Origin: Patescibacteria group bacterium
GTDB taxonomy: Bacteria > Patescibacteriota > Microgenomatia > PFEM01 > JAHIFH01
Assembly (NCBI GenBank): GCA_035529375.1
Contig: DATKWU010000005.1
Coordinates: 521 to 64,520 of the forward strand
Direction of reading: 5' to 3'
Length of the DNA: 64,000 nucleotides
In this document: positions 16,045 through 29,534 of the stretch, piece after piece
Position numbering within the stretch: position 1 is the stretch's first letter
How the letters are laid out: every line of letters starts with the position of its first letter
Made by a program: the position numbers and the translations under genes
Notes under the pieces: model-generated
What the model was told of the DNA's origin: nothing
Seen by the model: the letters and a program-made list of their open reading frames with translations, nothing else
Databases searched by the model: none

Positions 16045-17175
16045 CTACTTAAGATAGCTTAAAGGATTAACAGCCACGCCTCCGTTCCTTATCTCAAAGT
16101 GAAGATGAATACCTGTACTCCGCCCGGTTGAGCCTATTTTTCCAATTGACTGTCCCCGACTAACATTTTGACCAGGAGAAACATAAATTGCCGACAGATG
16201 AGCATAAAGAGTGCTAAAACCATTACCATGGTCAATCAAAACCCGATTACCATAAGCCCAAGGGGCAGGCCAACCAGCCACTATTACTGTTCCTGAATCA
16301 GCTGCCAGAGCATTTGGAGCACTATTATTAGCAATATCAATTCCAGGGTGGTACCAAACAAAATATTGAGTAATTCGGCCGCTCGCTGGCCAAACAAACT
16401 GACCGGTGCCAGTAATCGTCCCAGCGGCTGGCACCTCCGCATAATAACGTCTTGGTTCACTAGGTGTTGCCTTAGGCATAATCCCTTCAGGAACAACCAA
16501 TTCTTGACCAACCGCTAAAGCAAAAGTTTCATCATTAGCAAAGGAGTTGTAAGGCCAGTTAACAACCACCTGGGCATCAACTTGGTATTTTCTGGCAATC
16601 GAATAGATTGTTTCTCCGTGTTGGACTTTATGGGAAATACCAGTGACCGGGAGAATTCTTAAGACACTACCTACCTTGATTGATTTAATTGTCTCAAGAT
16701 TATTCTCCCAACGAATCGTATCAATGGAAACACCAAATTTCTCGGCAATGGTTGAAACCGTATCGCCTGACTTAACCGTGTACTCAATAATCTCTGAACG
16801 GGGTTTAATTGACTCAAGAGTCGAGGTTTCTATCTCTCCTTTAGTGGCGGAAATAACAGCCGTCGCTTCAGCCTGCTGCCAGGAACTCTCTGTCAATCCA
16901 GGGAAATTCTCTTCAATTAAAACCGGTCCTAGGGTAATTCCTATCACAATTAAAAGCATCATTCCGGAGTGAACAAAAGGCCGACTGTAGCGTCCCCGCT
17001 GACGGTAAAGAACCACCGCCATCTTTGACTTACCCCCTTCGAACAAATGAAAAATTCTAGCGGTTTTTTTGCGAGAATAACGACCTAAACTACAGAGGAA
17101 TTGCCAAATATCTTTTTTAAAAGAGGGGTGCTCCATAAGTGGAACCAGGTTAACATAGGCAGAAGTAGAAGTCAA
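16045..17175 (-). CDS. LysM-domain M23 family metallopeptidase (cell-wall hydrolase)
   Basis: Two LysM motifs (YTVKSGDTVSTIAEKFGV, HKVQHGETIYSIARKYQV). C-terminal M23 signature (GIDIA...GTVIVAGW...HLHFEIR). N-terminal TM segment; the true start may be the internal Met (MAVVLY). Confidence 0.85.
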   Translation of the reverse strand: MTSTSAYVNLVPLMEHPSFKKDIWQFLCSLGRYSRKKTARIFHLFEGGKSKMAVVLYRQRGRYSRPFVHSGMMLLIVIGITLGPVLIEENFPGLTESSWQQAEATAVISATKGEIETSTLESIKPRSEIIEYTVKSGDTVSTIAEKFGVSIDTIRWENNLETIKSIKVGSVLRILPVTGISHKVQHGETIYSIARKYQVDAQVVVNWPYNSFANDETFALAVGQELVVPEGIMPKATPSEPRRYYAEVPAAGTITGTGQFVWPASGRITQYFVWYHPGIDIANNSAPNALAADSGTVIVAGWPAPWAYGNRVLIDHGNGFSTLYAHLSAIYVSPGQNVSRGQSIGKIGSTGRSTGIHLHFEIRNGGVAVNPLSYLK

Positions 17176-17185
17176 TTTAACCGCT

Positions 17186-18454
17186 CTAGCCTTGATTGAG
17201 AGTCTTTAAGAATTCGCTGTTAGATTTGGTTTTAATTAAACGTTCTAAAAATAATTCTGTTCTCTCATTCGCCCCGAGCATATCAACCATCTTTCTCATG
17301 GTAATAATTTTAGGATAGACTGTCTTGCCGTAGAGAAGTTCTTCTTGTCGGGTCCCAGAGCGTTGAATATCAATCGCCGGATAAACTCGCCGCTCGGCTA
17401 ATTCTCTAACCAAATGGAGCTCCATATTACCGGTCCCTTTAAATTCTTCGTAAATCAAATCATCCATTTTCGAACCTGTTTCAACCAAACAGGTACCAAT
17501 AATCGTTAGCGAACCACCTTTCTCAATGTTTCTGGCGGCACCAAAGAATTTCTTTGGAGGCCAGAGAGCGGCTGGATCAAAACCACCAGTCAAAGTTCGC
17601 CCCGAAGTGGGAATACTGAGATTATAAGCACGGGCTAAACGGGTGATTGAATCCAAAAGGATAATCACGTCTTTGCCAAGTTCTACCAGCCGTTTAGCTC
17701 GCTCTAGAGCTACTTCAGCTGCGCTTGTCTGCTGTTCTGGTGGCTCATCAAAATTAGAAGAAATAACCTCACCTTTAACTGAACGGGCAATATCAGTCAC
17801 CTCTTCTGGTCTTTCTCCTACCAAAACTGCCATCAAATGAATATCTTTGTAGTTCTCGGTAATCCCATTAGCAATATCCTTTAAAAGCCAAGTTTTACCT
17901 GCTTTAGGTGGTGAAACAATTAAGCCCCGTTGGCCTCTACCAATCGGCGAGATAAGGTCAATAACTCTAGTAGAAACAGGTGCCTTGCCTGTTTCTAGTT
18001 TAATTTGTTCCTCAGGATAGAGGGGCGTCAAACTCTCGAAAACTGGTCGCTTACCTACTTTATCTGGAGCCAAATCATTAATTTTTTCTACTTTTAAAAG
18101 GCCATAATAACGTTCATTTTCTTTTGGCTCTCGGGCCTGGCCACCAATCATGTCACCAGGACGGAGATTGAAACGGTGAATTTGGGAAGAGGAAATATAA
18201 ACGTCTCTGTCAGAAGGCGAAAATTTAGGTCTAAGATAGCCGTGACCTTCAGGAGCAACCCCTAAGATCCCCTCGACAAAGTGAGTTGGCACATCTGCAT
18301 CGGGAATCCGCCGATTATCGACAACCCCATTAAATTCATTTTCATAGGGAGTTTCTTTTTTCCCCACAAACTCATCGGCCGTTAACAACTTCTTCTCGGT
18401 TTTAGAAACGGCTTCTTTTTTCTCTGAAGCAATAAATTTCTTAGATACTGGCAT
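17186..18454 (-). CDS. rho: Transcription termination factor Rho
   Basis: RNA-binding OB region (GILGVAPEGHGYLR) and ATPase core (GLIVSPPKAGKTWLLKDIANGITENY...LMAVLVGERPEEVTD...ILLDSITRLARAYN). Confidence 0.9.
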   Translation of the reverse strand: MPVSKKFIASEKKEAVSKTEKKLLTADEFVGKKETPYENEFNGVVDNRRIPDADVPTHFVEGILGVAPEGHGYLRPKFSPSDRDVYISSSQIHRFNLRPGDMIGGQAREPKENERYYGLLKVEKINDLAPDKVGKRPVFESLTPLYPEEQIKLETGKAPVSTRVIDLISPIGRGQRGLIVSPPKAGKTWLLKDIANGITENYKDIHLMAVLVGERPEEVTDIARSVKGEVISSNFDEPPEQQTSAAEVALERAKRLVELGKDVIILLDSITRLARAYNLSIPTSGRTLTGGFDPAALWPPKKFFGAARNIEKGGSLTIIGTCLVETGSKMDDLIYEEFKGTGNMELHLVRELAERRVYPAIDIQRSGTRQEELLYGKTVYPKIITMRKMVDMLGANERTELFLERLIKTKSNSEFLKTLNQG

Positions 18455-18782
18455 TAAGGAATCTAACCACTAATTTAAGGGAGAATTTAATTCACCAATC
18501 TACAATCTAATTTAAACAAAAATTAAAACACTCTGTCAAGAGGCAAACTTTCGATTCTCGAATGGAGAGTAGTGTGCCTGCCCTACACACCACCCTCCAT
18601 CCCAAAATCGAATCTAAAATCTTGACATTTTCTTGACGACTGTGTTATTGTCAACTTGGTATTTGAGTCGCCTGTCCTGACTCAATACCAACATGCGAAG
18701 GGCATTGCTATTCGTGGTAATCTGTCCAGCGATAGTAATGCTCTTTGTTTATTACTAAAGCTTAATTGTAAAAGTGAATTCT

Positions 18783-18809
18783 TGACAAATTTAACATATT
18801 TTGTCAAGA
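18783..18809. promoter_or_regulatory. Perfect 9-bp inverted repeat CTTGACAAA-N9-TTTGTCAAG (operator-like) in the rho upstream region
   Basis: The palindrome is visible directly. A further TGTCAA half-site lies at 18812-18817. Located in the 480-nt untranslated region between radA and rho. Confidence 0.3.
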
Positions 18810-18936
18810 GTGTCAATCCTATAAGAAAATCTTCTGAAAAAACTGACAGTCCTATAGTTTATACTATTATTATATTAGCTTCATTTTAACCACTTTTAAA
18901 AGGAATATCAAGTATTGTGGATAAATAAGGGAAAAG

Positions 18937-20253
18937 TTATTTCTTAAATAATTCTCTGGCTAATTGACTAACTGAAGCAAATTTCTCCGGAGAAATAATT
19001 TCAGTCAAACCTAATTTTCTGGCTTCTTTTTTCCTTTTATCAGTTTGACTAATTTCTCTTATCTCCCCCAAGAGACCAATCTCACCAAAACAAACCGTTT
19101 TGGGATCAAGAGAAATGCCTTTAAAGGAAGAAATAATCGCTAAAGCAACGCCTAAATCACTCCCAGGCTCATCAATTCTAATGCCGCCAACAACATTAAC
19201 ATAAACATCAAAAGTAGCTAAGGGCAATCTTAATTGTTTAGTTAACACTGCAGAGATAAGCTGTAAACGCCGACCATCAATTCCTTGACCAATTCTTCGT
19301 GGTATAACTAAGGTTGTGGGTACAACTAAAGCTTGAATTTCTACCAAAACAGGTCGGGTCCCTTCTAAAGTAGCCACTACCACTGAACCTGGAGTTTTCT
19401 TAACTCGCTCTTTAAGAAAAAGCCTAGAAGGGTTAGTCACTTCAATTAAGCCTTTGTCGGTCATTTCAAAAACACCGACTTCGTCGGTAGCCCCAAAACG
19501 ATTTTTTGTTGCTCTCAATAATCTCGCTCCTCCAAATCTTTCGCCTTCAATATAAATAACCGTATCCACCATATGCTCAAGAACTTTAGGCCCAGCAATC
19601 GCTCCAGCTTTGGTTACGTGGCCAACGAGAAGTAAAGGAATCCCTTCTTTTTTGGCAACTTTAAGAAACATAGCCGCTGACTCCCTTACTTGGCCAACCG
19701 ATCCTGCCATTCCTGATAAACTGCTTGTCCAGCAAGTTTGAATAGAATCAATAATCACCATTTTAGGTCTTAAATCTCTAATCTGAGCACAAATTGTTTC
19801 CACATTAGTTTCCGTTAAAAAAAGTGTTTCTGGAATTTTCAAATTTAATCTTTGGGCCCTGATTTTTATTTGTTGCAGCGATTCTTCTCCGGAGACATAA
19901 AGAGGAGGTGTTCTTTTTTTATCTATCTGACTGATTAACTGAAGCATTAAAGTACTTTTACCAATCCCTGGTTCACCACTGACCAATACCACTGAACCAG
20001 AAACTATTCCTCCACCAAGAACCAAATCAAATTCACTTATCCCTGTTTTCATTCTTGATTGAAAAACCGATTTAATTTGGGAAAGTTTCTGAGGTTTAGC
20101 TTGGGAAATAATTTCTCCGCTTACTCTATCTGGAATGCCCAATTTTGTCTCAACTAGACTATTCCATTCTCCACACTGAGGACAACGACCCAACCACTTT
20201 GGCGCTTCTGCTCCACACTGTTGGCAAACAAATTTGGTAATCGGTTTCGCCAT
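18937..20253 (-). CDS. radA: DNA repair protein RadA/Sms
   Basis: N-terminal C4 zinc finger (CQQCGAEAPKWLGRCPQCGEWNS), RecA-like Walker A (GEPGIGKSTL), KNRFG motif and a Lon-protease-like C-terminal domain. Confidence 0.9.
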   Translation of the reverse strand: MAKPITKFVCQQCGAEAPKWLGRCPQCGEWNSLVETKLGIPDRVSGEIISQAKPQKLSQIKSVFQSRMKTGISEFDLVLGGGIVSGSVVLVSGEPGIGKSTLMLQLISQIDKKRTPPLYVSGEESLQQIKIRAQRLNLKIPETLFLTETNVETICAQIRDLRPKMVIIDSIQTCWTSSLSGMAGSVGQVRESAAMFLKVAKKEGIPLLLVGHVTKAGAIAGPKVLEHMVDTVIYIEGERFGGARLLRATKNRFGATDEVGVFEMTDKGLIEVTNPSRLFLKERVKKTPGSVVVATLEGTRPVLVEIQALVVPTTLVIPRRIGQGIDGRRLQLISAVLTKQLRLPLATFDVYVNVVGGIRIDEPGSDLGVALAIISSFKGISLDPKTVCFGEIGLLGEIREISQTDKRKKEARKLGLTEIISPEKFASVSQLARELFKK

Positions 20254-20263
20254 GAAGAAAAAA

Positions 20264-21415
20264 CTATTTATAGCCTATTGGTTTCTCTTTTAGAACTAAT
20301 CCCAAACTCATTCTTCTCCCCTCTTTATCAATTGACTCAATATAACAATCAACTTTATCACCAACTTTAAGAGATTTTTCCGCAGGAATTTTAGAAATAT
20401 GAATTAGACCCTCAATTCCTTCCTCTACATCAACAAAAGCACCAAATGGAGCCAAGCGAACAACTTTACTCTTGACTCGAGCATCAACCGGATATGTCTT
20501 TTCAATCGCCTCCCAAGGATCAAGTTTGAGCTGTTTAATAGAAAGATTAAGTTTACCAGTCGTTTTATCAACCGCCAAAACTTTAACTTTAATTTTATCA
20601 CCTACTTTATAAAACTCTCCGGGGTCTTCAACTCTTTGCCAAGAAATCTCCGAAATATGAACCAATCCTTCTAGTTCAATTTTGTCTGGTTTAATTTTGA
20701 CAAAAAAGCCAAAAGGCATCACGCCTGTGATCTTACCAGAAAAAGTATTGCCAATTTTAATCTTCCTAAGTTCTTCTTCTTGCGCTTTGAGAAGAGCGGC
20801 TTCGGAAACTTCTCTCTCTGAAAAAATTAATCGATTTTTGCCTCGATCCACTTCGATCGGCTTTACTTCAATCTGTCGGTTAATCAATCTTTCTATCTTT
20901 TCTTCCCATTTAGAACCAAATTGAGAGGCGGGGATAAAACCTTGTAGACCTTTGGCCTCAACCACTAAACCCCCTTTATTAACTTCCCTACCTGTCACTC
21001 TTACGGCCCCACCTGTTTTCATCTTTTCCTCAAACCGACCCCAGAGATAATCAGCTGCCGCTTTTTTAAGAGAAAGCAAAGTCTGACCTTTATCGTTTTC
21101 TGGTTGACTTACAACTGCCTCAACTTGACTCCCCACTTCCAATTCCTTAATAAAGTCTCTAGCCGCTTTCATTTCCCGATCAATCACCATCCCCTCGCTC
21201 TTACCGCCGATATCTATATAAAGGATACCTTTGGTTTTTTCTACTACAATTCCGTTAATCACATCGCCTCTTTTCCAGCCATGTAACTGATGCTTTGTTT
21301 GTTTAAGAAGCTCTTCCATAGTTGTGGGTTGTTTTTTAGAAGAACGTTTAACCGAAGCCTTGGGAGAAGACTTTTTAGTCTGTTTCTCTATTTTTTTCGA
21401 TTTTCTTTTTTTCAA
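20264..21415 (-). CDS. rpsA: 30S ribosomal protein S1 (short form with about four S1 domains and a Lys-rich N-terminal tail)
   Basis: Repeated S1 OB-fold motifs (G-IV-G-V--I---G-FV-I). The Lys-rich N-terminus may mean the true start is the internal Met (MEELLKQ). Confidence 0.8.
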   Translation of the reverse strand: MKKRKSKKIEKQTKKSSPKASVKRSSKKQPTTMEELLKQTKHQLHGWKRGDVINGIVVEKTKGILYIDIGGKSEGMVIDREMKAARDFIKELEVGSQVEAVVSQPENDKGQTLLSLKKAAADYLWGRFEEKMKTGGAVRVTGREVNKGGLVVEAKGLQGFIPASQFGSKWEEKIERLINRQIEVKPIEVDRGKNRLIFSEREVSEAALLKAQEEELRKIKIGNTFSGKITGVMPFGFFVKIKPDKIELEGLVHISEISWQRVEDPGEFYKVGDKIKVKVLAVDKTTGKLNLSIKQLKLDPWEAIEKTYPVDARVKSKVVRLAPFGAFVDVEEGIEGLIHISKIPAEKSLKVGDKVDCYIESIDKEGRRMSLGLVLKEKPIGYK

Positions 21416-21516
21416 ATTCCATTTACCTCACTTTCAAGAAAGTTTTTCTATTCTACCTTAAAATTAAGAGTTTGCCAAGTCTTTTTATTGTTTTGAGGTT
21501 TTAGAAATACCAAAAA

Positions 21517-21634
21517 GGCCAGCCCTGACCTATTTTCGCAGACCCTTGCGGATCAACTATCGTCGGCGCTGAAGTGTTTGACTTTCGTGTTCGGAATGGG
21601 AACGAGTCGTTCCACTTCGCTCCAAGGACTGGCC
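21517..21634 (-). rRNA. rrf: 5S ribosomal RNA
   Basis: The reverse complement begins GGCCAGTCCTTGGAGCGAAGTGGAACGACTCGTTCCCATTCCGAACACG and ends ...GGCTGGCC. About 118 nt. Lies downstream of 23S on the same strand. Confidence 0.8.
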
Positions 21635-21692
21635 AATTTTTTATTTTGACTCCTTTAAAAGTGAATAGAACAATTTTAATCTACCAAATTTA

Positions 21693-24640
<2,948 letters not shown>

Positions 24641-24723
24641 TGAAGATTTAATCCACCTCCGCCCTTATGGGCTTTGGTAGATATTTTATTACTTTATTCT
24701 ATTCACTTTTCAAGGAGCCAAGG

Positions 24724-24796
24724 TGGACCGAAGCGGCTTCGAACCGCTGACCTCCTGTATGCAAAACAGGTGCTCTGCCAACTGAGCTATCGGCCC
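24724..24796 (-). tRNA. tRNA-Ala (anticodon UGC), in the spacer upstream of 23S
   Basis: The reverse complement GGGCCGATAGCTCAGTTGGCAGAGCACCTGTTTTGCATACAGGAGGTCAGCGGTTCGAAGCCGCTTCGGTCCA folds with G3:U70 and anticodon loop TTTGCAT. Confidence 0.9.
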
Positions 24797-25020
24797 AATT
24801 TTTTTAGCTCTTCATCTATTTCTTTGAGATAAGCTAAAAGAGTCTCGTATTCAGTCATCTTAAGATGATATCTAGTACTATCATGTCCGGGCCAAATTTC
24901 TTCAGAGTCTTCCTCTTCCTCTCTCATCCTTTTTTGAACTTTTCTGAGCCTCTCAAGGGCCTTCTCCTGACTTTGAAGAAGAGCCTTTTTTTTCTCTTCT
25001 TTTGAGATCTGGTTATTCAT
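24787..25020 (-). CDS. Small (77 aa) highly charged coiled-coil protein in the 23S leader region; may be spurious
   Basis: An uninterrupted frame in AT-rich DNA (MNNQISKEEKKKALLQSQEKALERLRKVQKRMREEEEDSEE...) with a heptad-like pattern. Its 3' end overlaps the tRNA-Ala by 10 nt. Confidence 0.3.
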   Translation of the reverse strand: MNNQISKEEKKKALLQSQEKALERLRKVQKRMREEEEDSEEIWPGHDSTRYHLKMTEYETLLAYLKEIDEELKKLGR

Positions 25021-25219
25021 TTCTCAAATTCTTTATTTCTTCTTCGATACTGATTAAATGTGCTCGGGCGACATTCAACTGCGACTCTTGTAACTCTGTA
25101 GCTGAATCCTCGTGTTTAACGCCCTTAAAATTTTTTAACGCTTCATCAAGCTTTGCCTTAGCTTCTTCTTTTTTTATTAATAATTCTTGATATTTATTGA
25201 CCATTTTTCCAAAAAACAA
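25013..25219 (-). CDS. Small (68 aa) coiled-coil protein; overlaps the following ORF by 8 nt; may be spurious
   Basis: MFFGKMVNKYQELLIKKEEAKAKLDEALKNFKG... Uninterrupted frame. Starts 7 nt after a terminator-like hairpin read on the same strand. Confidence 0.3.
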   Translation of the reverse strand: MFFGKMVNKYQELLIKKEEAKAKLDEALKNFKGVKHEDSATELQESQLNVARAHLISIEEEIKNLRNE

Positions 25220-25241
25220 AAAAGTCGCCCGGAGGCGACCC
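25211..25241 (-). terminator. Intrinsic-terminator-like hairpin: GTCGCC-CGGA-GGCGAC followed (on the minus strand) by TTTTTTGTTTTTT
   Basis: Perfect 6-bp GC-rich stem and tetraloop at 25224-25239. A 13-nt T-rich run follows on the minus strand at 25211-25223. On the plus strand the tail is the weaker CCTTTT. Confidence 0.5.
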
Positions 25242-25378
25242 TTTTAAGGTACCTAAGAAATCAGACTACGTCCCACGCCAAAAGAACTTGGTGATAACGT
25301 AATATTTCATCTGATTTCCCATAAGATTAAACCCGTCTGGGTTAAGCCTCCTTAATTACAATCTTATTATATGAGATT

Positions 25379-25407
25379 ATTATACGGAATGACAGAATAG
25401 ATGTCAA
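25379..25407 (-). promoter_or_regulatory. Consensus sigma70 promoter, TTGACA-17-TATAAT, firing toward the 23S side
   Basis: The reverse complement of 25379-25407 reads TTGACATCTATTCTGTCATTCCGTATAAT. Both hexamers are perfect consensus with a 17-nt spacer, as is typical of rRNA P1-type promoters. Confidence 0.55.
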
Positions 25408-25451
25408 GCGGCTAGATATCCACTCTTTTTTATGTTAAAATTTTTCTGATC

Positions 25452-25525
25452 GGGCGCGTAGCTCAGTGGTTTAGAGCGCTTACCTGATAAGTAAGAGGTC
25501 CCTGGTTCGATCCCAGGCGCGCCCA
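25452..25525 (+). tRNA. tRNA-Ile (anticodon GAU), oriented opposite to the flanking 16S/23S genes
   Basis: GGGCGCGTAGCTCAGTGGTTTAGAGCGCTTACCTGATAAGTAAGAGGTCCCTGGTTCGATCCCAGGCGCGCCCA. Anticodon loop CTGATAA. A good 7-bp acceptor stem. Confidence 0.9.
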
Positions 25526-25568
25526 CTGCGTCAAGCCACAGTGGCGTGGTCAAAAAAGACGCCTAATT

Positions 25569-27716
25569 ATGCCCGAAAAAGAAAAAATAATTTTAGAAAT
25601 AAGAATACCTCGCGAAAACGAGTATACCCCAGAATCGGCGGCTAATCTATTCTCTGGTTTCAGTAAAGCCCTTTCTTCTCAGTCAATCTTTCAGAGAATT
25701 CTTAGAAAACAATCAGAACCCTTGATTTTAGAAATTACCTGTCATCAACAAGGAATTCACTTTTATGTGGCTGTTTCTGAAGAACTTTTGCCTTTTTTAG
25801 AGAGCCAAATCTTGGCCGCTTATCCCCTTGCAATTCTTAATCGTGTCCCTGACTATCTCCAAAATTGGGAAAAAGAATCTCTGAAAATCGGCCAGATGAC
25901 TCAATCAACCAGTTATTATTATCCTATTAAAACCTATAAAGAATTCACTGATGTTGATTCACTCTCCTCTATTTTAGCGGTGATGTCAAAAGCCAGCGAA
26001 AATGATCTTTTGTTAATTCAGTTAGTCCTTCAAAAAGCCAGTTCAGGCTGGCAATCGTCAGCTCAAAGGGCCATCACTAAAGGAATCAGAATCAGTGAAA
26101 CAGAAAGGCAAGCTTTACCTGGAGAAAATTTGATTAAACAAAAAATTGAAGAAGGCGGATTAAAAACGGGTATCCGACTAGCTACTTCTTCGGAATTGCT
26201 TTTAAAATCATTAGCTGGTGGTTTTGCTCCTTTTACTCGAGGTGATGGTAACTCCCTAGCTTTCAAAAAGCCTTCTGTTCTAAATAAAAATAAATTAAAA
26301 AACGCCATCTTAACCCACCAATCAGGTTTTACCCCACGTTATCAAATTTTTTCTGTTTCTGAATTGGCCACTTTCTGGCACCTGCCTGGACAAAGTGTCA
26401 AAATTCCTAATATTGCTTGGGGGCGTTCGGTTTTAACCGAAGCACCAGAAAATTTACCAATAGCTGAAGGTTTAACCGAAGAACAAAAGTCAGAAATTAA
26501 TTTCTTTACTAGAACAGAATATAAAAATAAATTGATGACTTTTGGCATAAAAAAGGATGATCGTCGTCGTCATATTTATGCCGTTGGTAAATCTGGTACC
26601 GGTAAATCAACTATGATTGCCAACATGGCCATTGATGATCTGAAAAAGCGCCAGGGTTTGGCAGTAATCGATCCTCATGGTGACCTTTCAGAAATTCTTT
26701 TGGACTATATCCCCTCTCATCGGATAAACGATATCTGTTATTTAAATCCGGCTGATAAAGAATATCCCTTCTCTATCAATATTCTTGAGGTTGATGATCC
26801 TGCGCAAGCTGAACTTGTTGCTTCTGGAATTGTCTCTATTTTCTATAAACTCTACGCTCATTCCTGGGGACCAAGAATGGAATATATTTTGAGAAATACT
26901 TTACTCACCCTGGCTCAAACGCCCAACACTACTTTGGTTGATGTTCCTAGAATTTTAACTAACAAAAATTTCAGAAACGAAATCGTCGAAAAACTTCAAG
27001 ATCAAGTTCTGACCAGCTTTTGGACCGAAGAATATAATAAGATGCCAGACAGATTAAGAGAAGAAGCTATTAATCCCATTTTGAACAAAGTCGGCCAATT
27101 TGTTACTTCACCTTTAATCCGCAGTCTTATTGGCCAACCCAAATCAACTATTAATTTAGAAAGAATCATGAATGAGGGCAAAGTGATTATTCTTAACCTC
27201 TCCCAAGGACGTTTAGGAGAAGATAATGCTGCTCTATTAGGAGCAATGTTAATTACCAAAATTCAATTAGCCGCCATGAATCGGGTTAATATTCCTGAAG
27301 AACAAAGACGGGATTTTTATCTTTACGTCGATGAGTTTCAAAACTTTGCTACCAGGGCTTTTATTAAAATTCTTTCTGAAGCAAGAAAATATCGTCTTAA
27401 CCTTTGTTTAGCTAATCAATACATGGCTCAAATTGACGAAGACGTCCAGAAAGCAATCCTGGGAAACGCTGCCACTTTAATTTCTTTTCTAGTTGGCGCC
27501 GAAGACGCCAATATCTTAGAAAGAGAGTTTGGGGGTATTTATACAGAACAAGATTTGGTTGGTCTTTCCAACTTCCAAGTCGTGACTAAACTAGCGGTTG
27601 ATAATATTACTTCCAGACCTTTCTTTGCCTATACCCTACCCCTACCTAAATCTAAGAACCAAAACCGAGAAAAAGTCATCAGAGTTTCAAGAGAAAGATT
27701 TTCTTATAAAAAGTAA
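25569..27716 (+). CDS. TrwB/TraD/VirD4-like (FtsK-HerA superfamily) P-loop ATPase with an N-terminal ~330-aa domain of unknown function and no predicted TM helices
   Basis: Walker A GKSGTGKST, followed by the family-typical AVIDPHGDL. Walker B YLYVDEFQNF. Downstream LCLANQYMAQID. The N-terminal third has no recognisable motif. Confidence 0.65.
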   Translation: MPEKEKIILEIRIPRENEYTPESAANLFSGFSKALSSQSIFQRILRKQSEPLILEITCHQQGIHFYVAVSEELLPFLESQILAAYPLAILNRVPDYLQNWEKESLKIGQMTQSTSYYYPIKTYKEFTDVDSLSSILAVMSKASENDLLLIQLVLQKASSGWQSSAQRAITKGIRISETERQALPGENLIKQKIEEGGLKTGIRLATSSELLLKSLAGGFAPFTRGDGNSLAFKKPSVLNKNKLKNAILTHQSGFTPRYQIFSVSELATFWHLPGQSVKIPNIAWGRSVLTEAPENLPIAEGLTEEQKSEINFFTRTEYKNKLMTFGIKKDDRRRHIYAVGKSGTGKSTMIANMAIDDLKKRQGLAVIDPHGDLSEILLDYIPSHRINDICYLNPADKEYPFSINILEVDDPAQAELVASGIVSIFYKLYAHSWGPRMEYILRNTLLTLAQTPNTTLVDVPRILTNKNFRNEIVEKLQDQVLTSFWTEEYNKMPDRLREEAINPILNKVGQFVTSPLIRSLIGQPKSTINLERIMNEGKVIILNLSQGRLGEDNAALLGAMLITKIQLAAMNRVNIPEEQRRDFYLYVDEFQNFATRAFIKILSEARKYRLNLCLANQYMAQIDEDVQKAILGNAATLISFLVGAEDANILEREFGGIYTEQDLVGLSNFQVVTKLAVDNITSRPFFAYTLPLPKSKNQNREKVIRVSRERFSYKK

Positions 27717-27736
27717 CCTCAACTTTTCAGTGGCAT

Positions 27737-27767
27737 TAAAAAACCACCTTGATTAGGTGGTTTTTTC
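27737..27767. terminator. Bidirectional rho-independent terminator (AAAAAACCACCT-TGATT-AGGTGGTTTTTT) between the ATPase gene and the 16S 3' end
   Basis: 7-bp stem ACCACCT/AGGTGGT, 5-nt loop, flanked by an A6 tract upstream and a T6 tract downstream. Convergent genes lie on either side. Confidence 0.7.
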
Positions 27768-27888
27768 TTTAACCCTATTTACTGTGGTAGGAGACGTTAG
27801 TTTTGTTTCCTATCTCATAAATGAGATAAGCAAGAAAAACCAACAAAATCTTGGGGTGTCTTTTCCGCCAAAGGCGGATCGTTCACTC

Positions 27889-29350
<1,462 letters not shown>

Positions 29351-29505
29351 AAAAAAATTTCCTACCACAATAAATATTGTTAAAGGTTTACTATTCAATT
29401 TTCAAAGGACTCCTAAAAACTTAAAATCCCGGACCAAGCCGGGATTAATGCTTTATTGCGGGCAAACGCCCGACCTGGTCATTAAACTATGTCATTTCTT
29501 GGTTG

Positions 29506-29534
29506 ATGATAACAAAATAGTTCTTAACTGTCAA
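29506..29534 (-). promoter_or_regulatory. Candidate 16S promoter, TTGACA-17-TATCAT, lying within the 3' end of mnmA
   Basis: The reverse complement of 29506-29534 reads TTGACAGTTAAGAACTATTTTGTTATCAT. Located about 160 nt upstream of the mature 16S 5' end. Confidence 0.5.

Noticed and set aside
15848-16057. 69-aa plus-strand ORF (MARASHSHCGGRGFDSLQVH...)
   Set aside because: It is a translation straight through the two tRNA-Ala genes. It is an artefact of the ORF finder.
18656-18889. Plus-strand 77-aa ORF in the rho upstream region
   Set aside because: No RBS, odd composition, and it lies in what is most likely the rho leader. Treated as noncoding regulatory DNA.
25224-25241. Reading the hairpin GTCGCC-CGGA-GGCGAC as a plus-strand terminator for tRNA-Ile or upstream genes
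   Set aside because: On the plus strand the 3' tail is only CCTTTT, and nothing upstream is transcribed on that strand. The T-rich tail is on the minus strand, so it is listed as a minus-strand terminator or attenuator.
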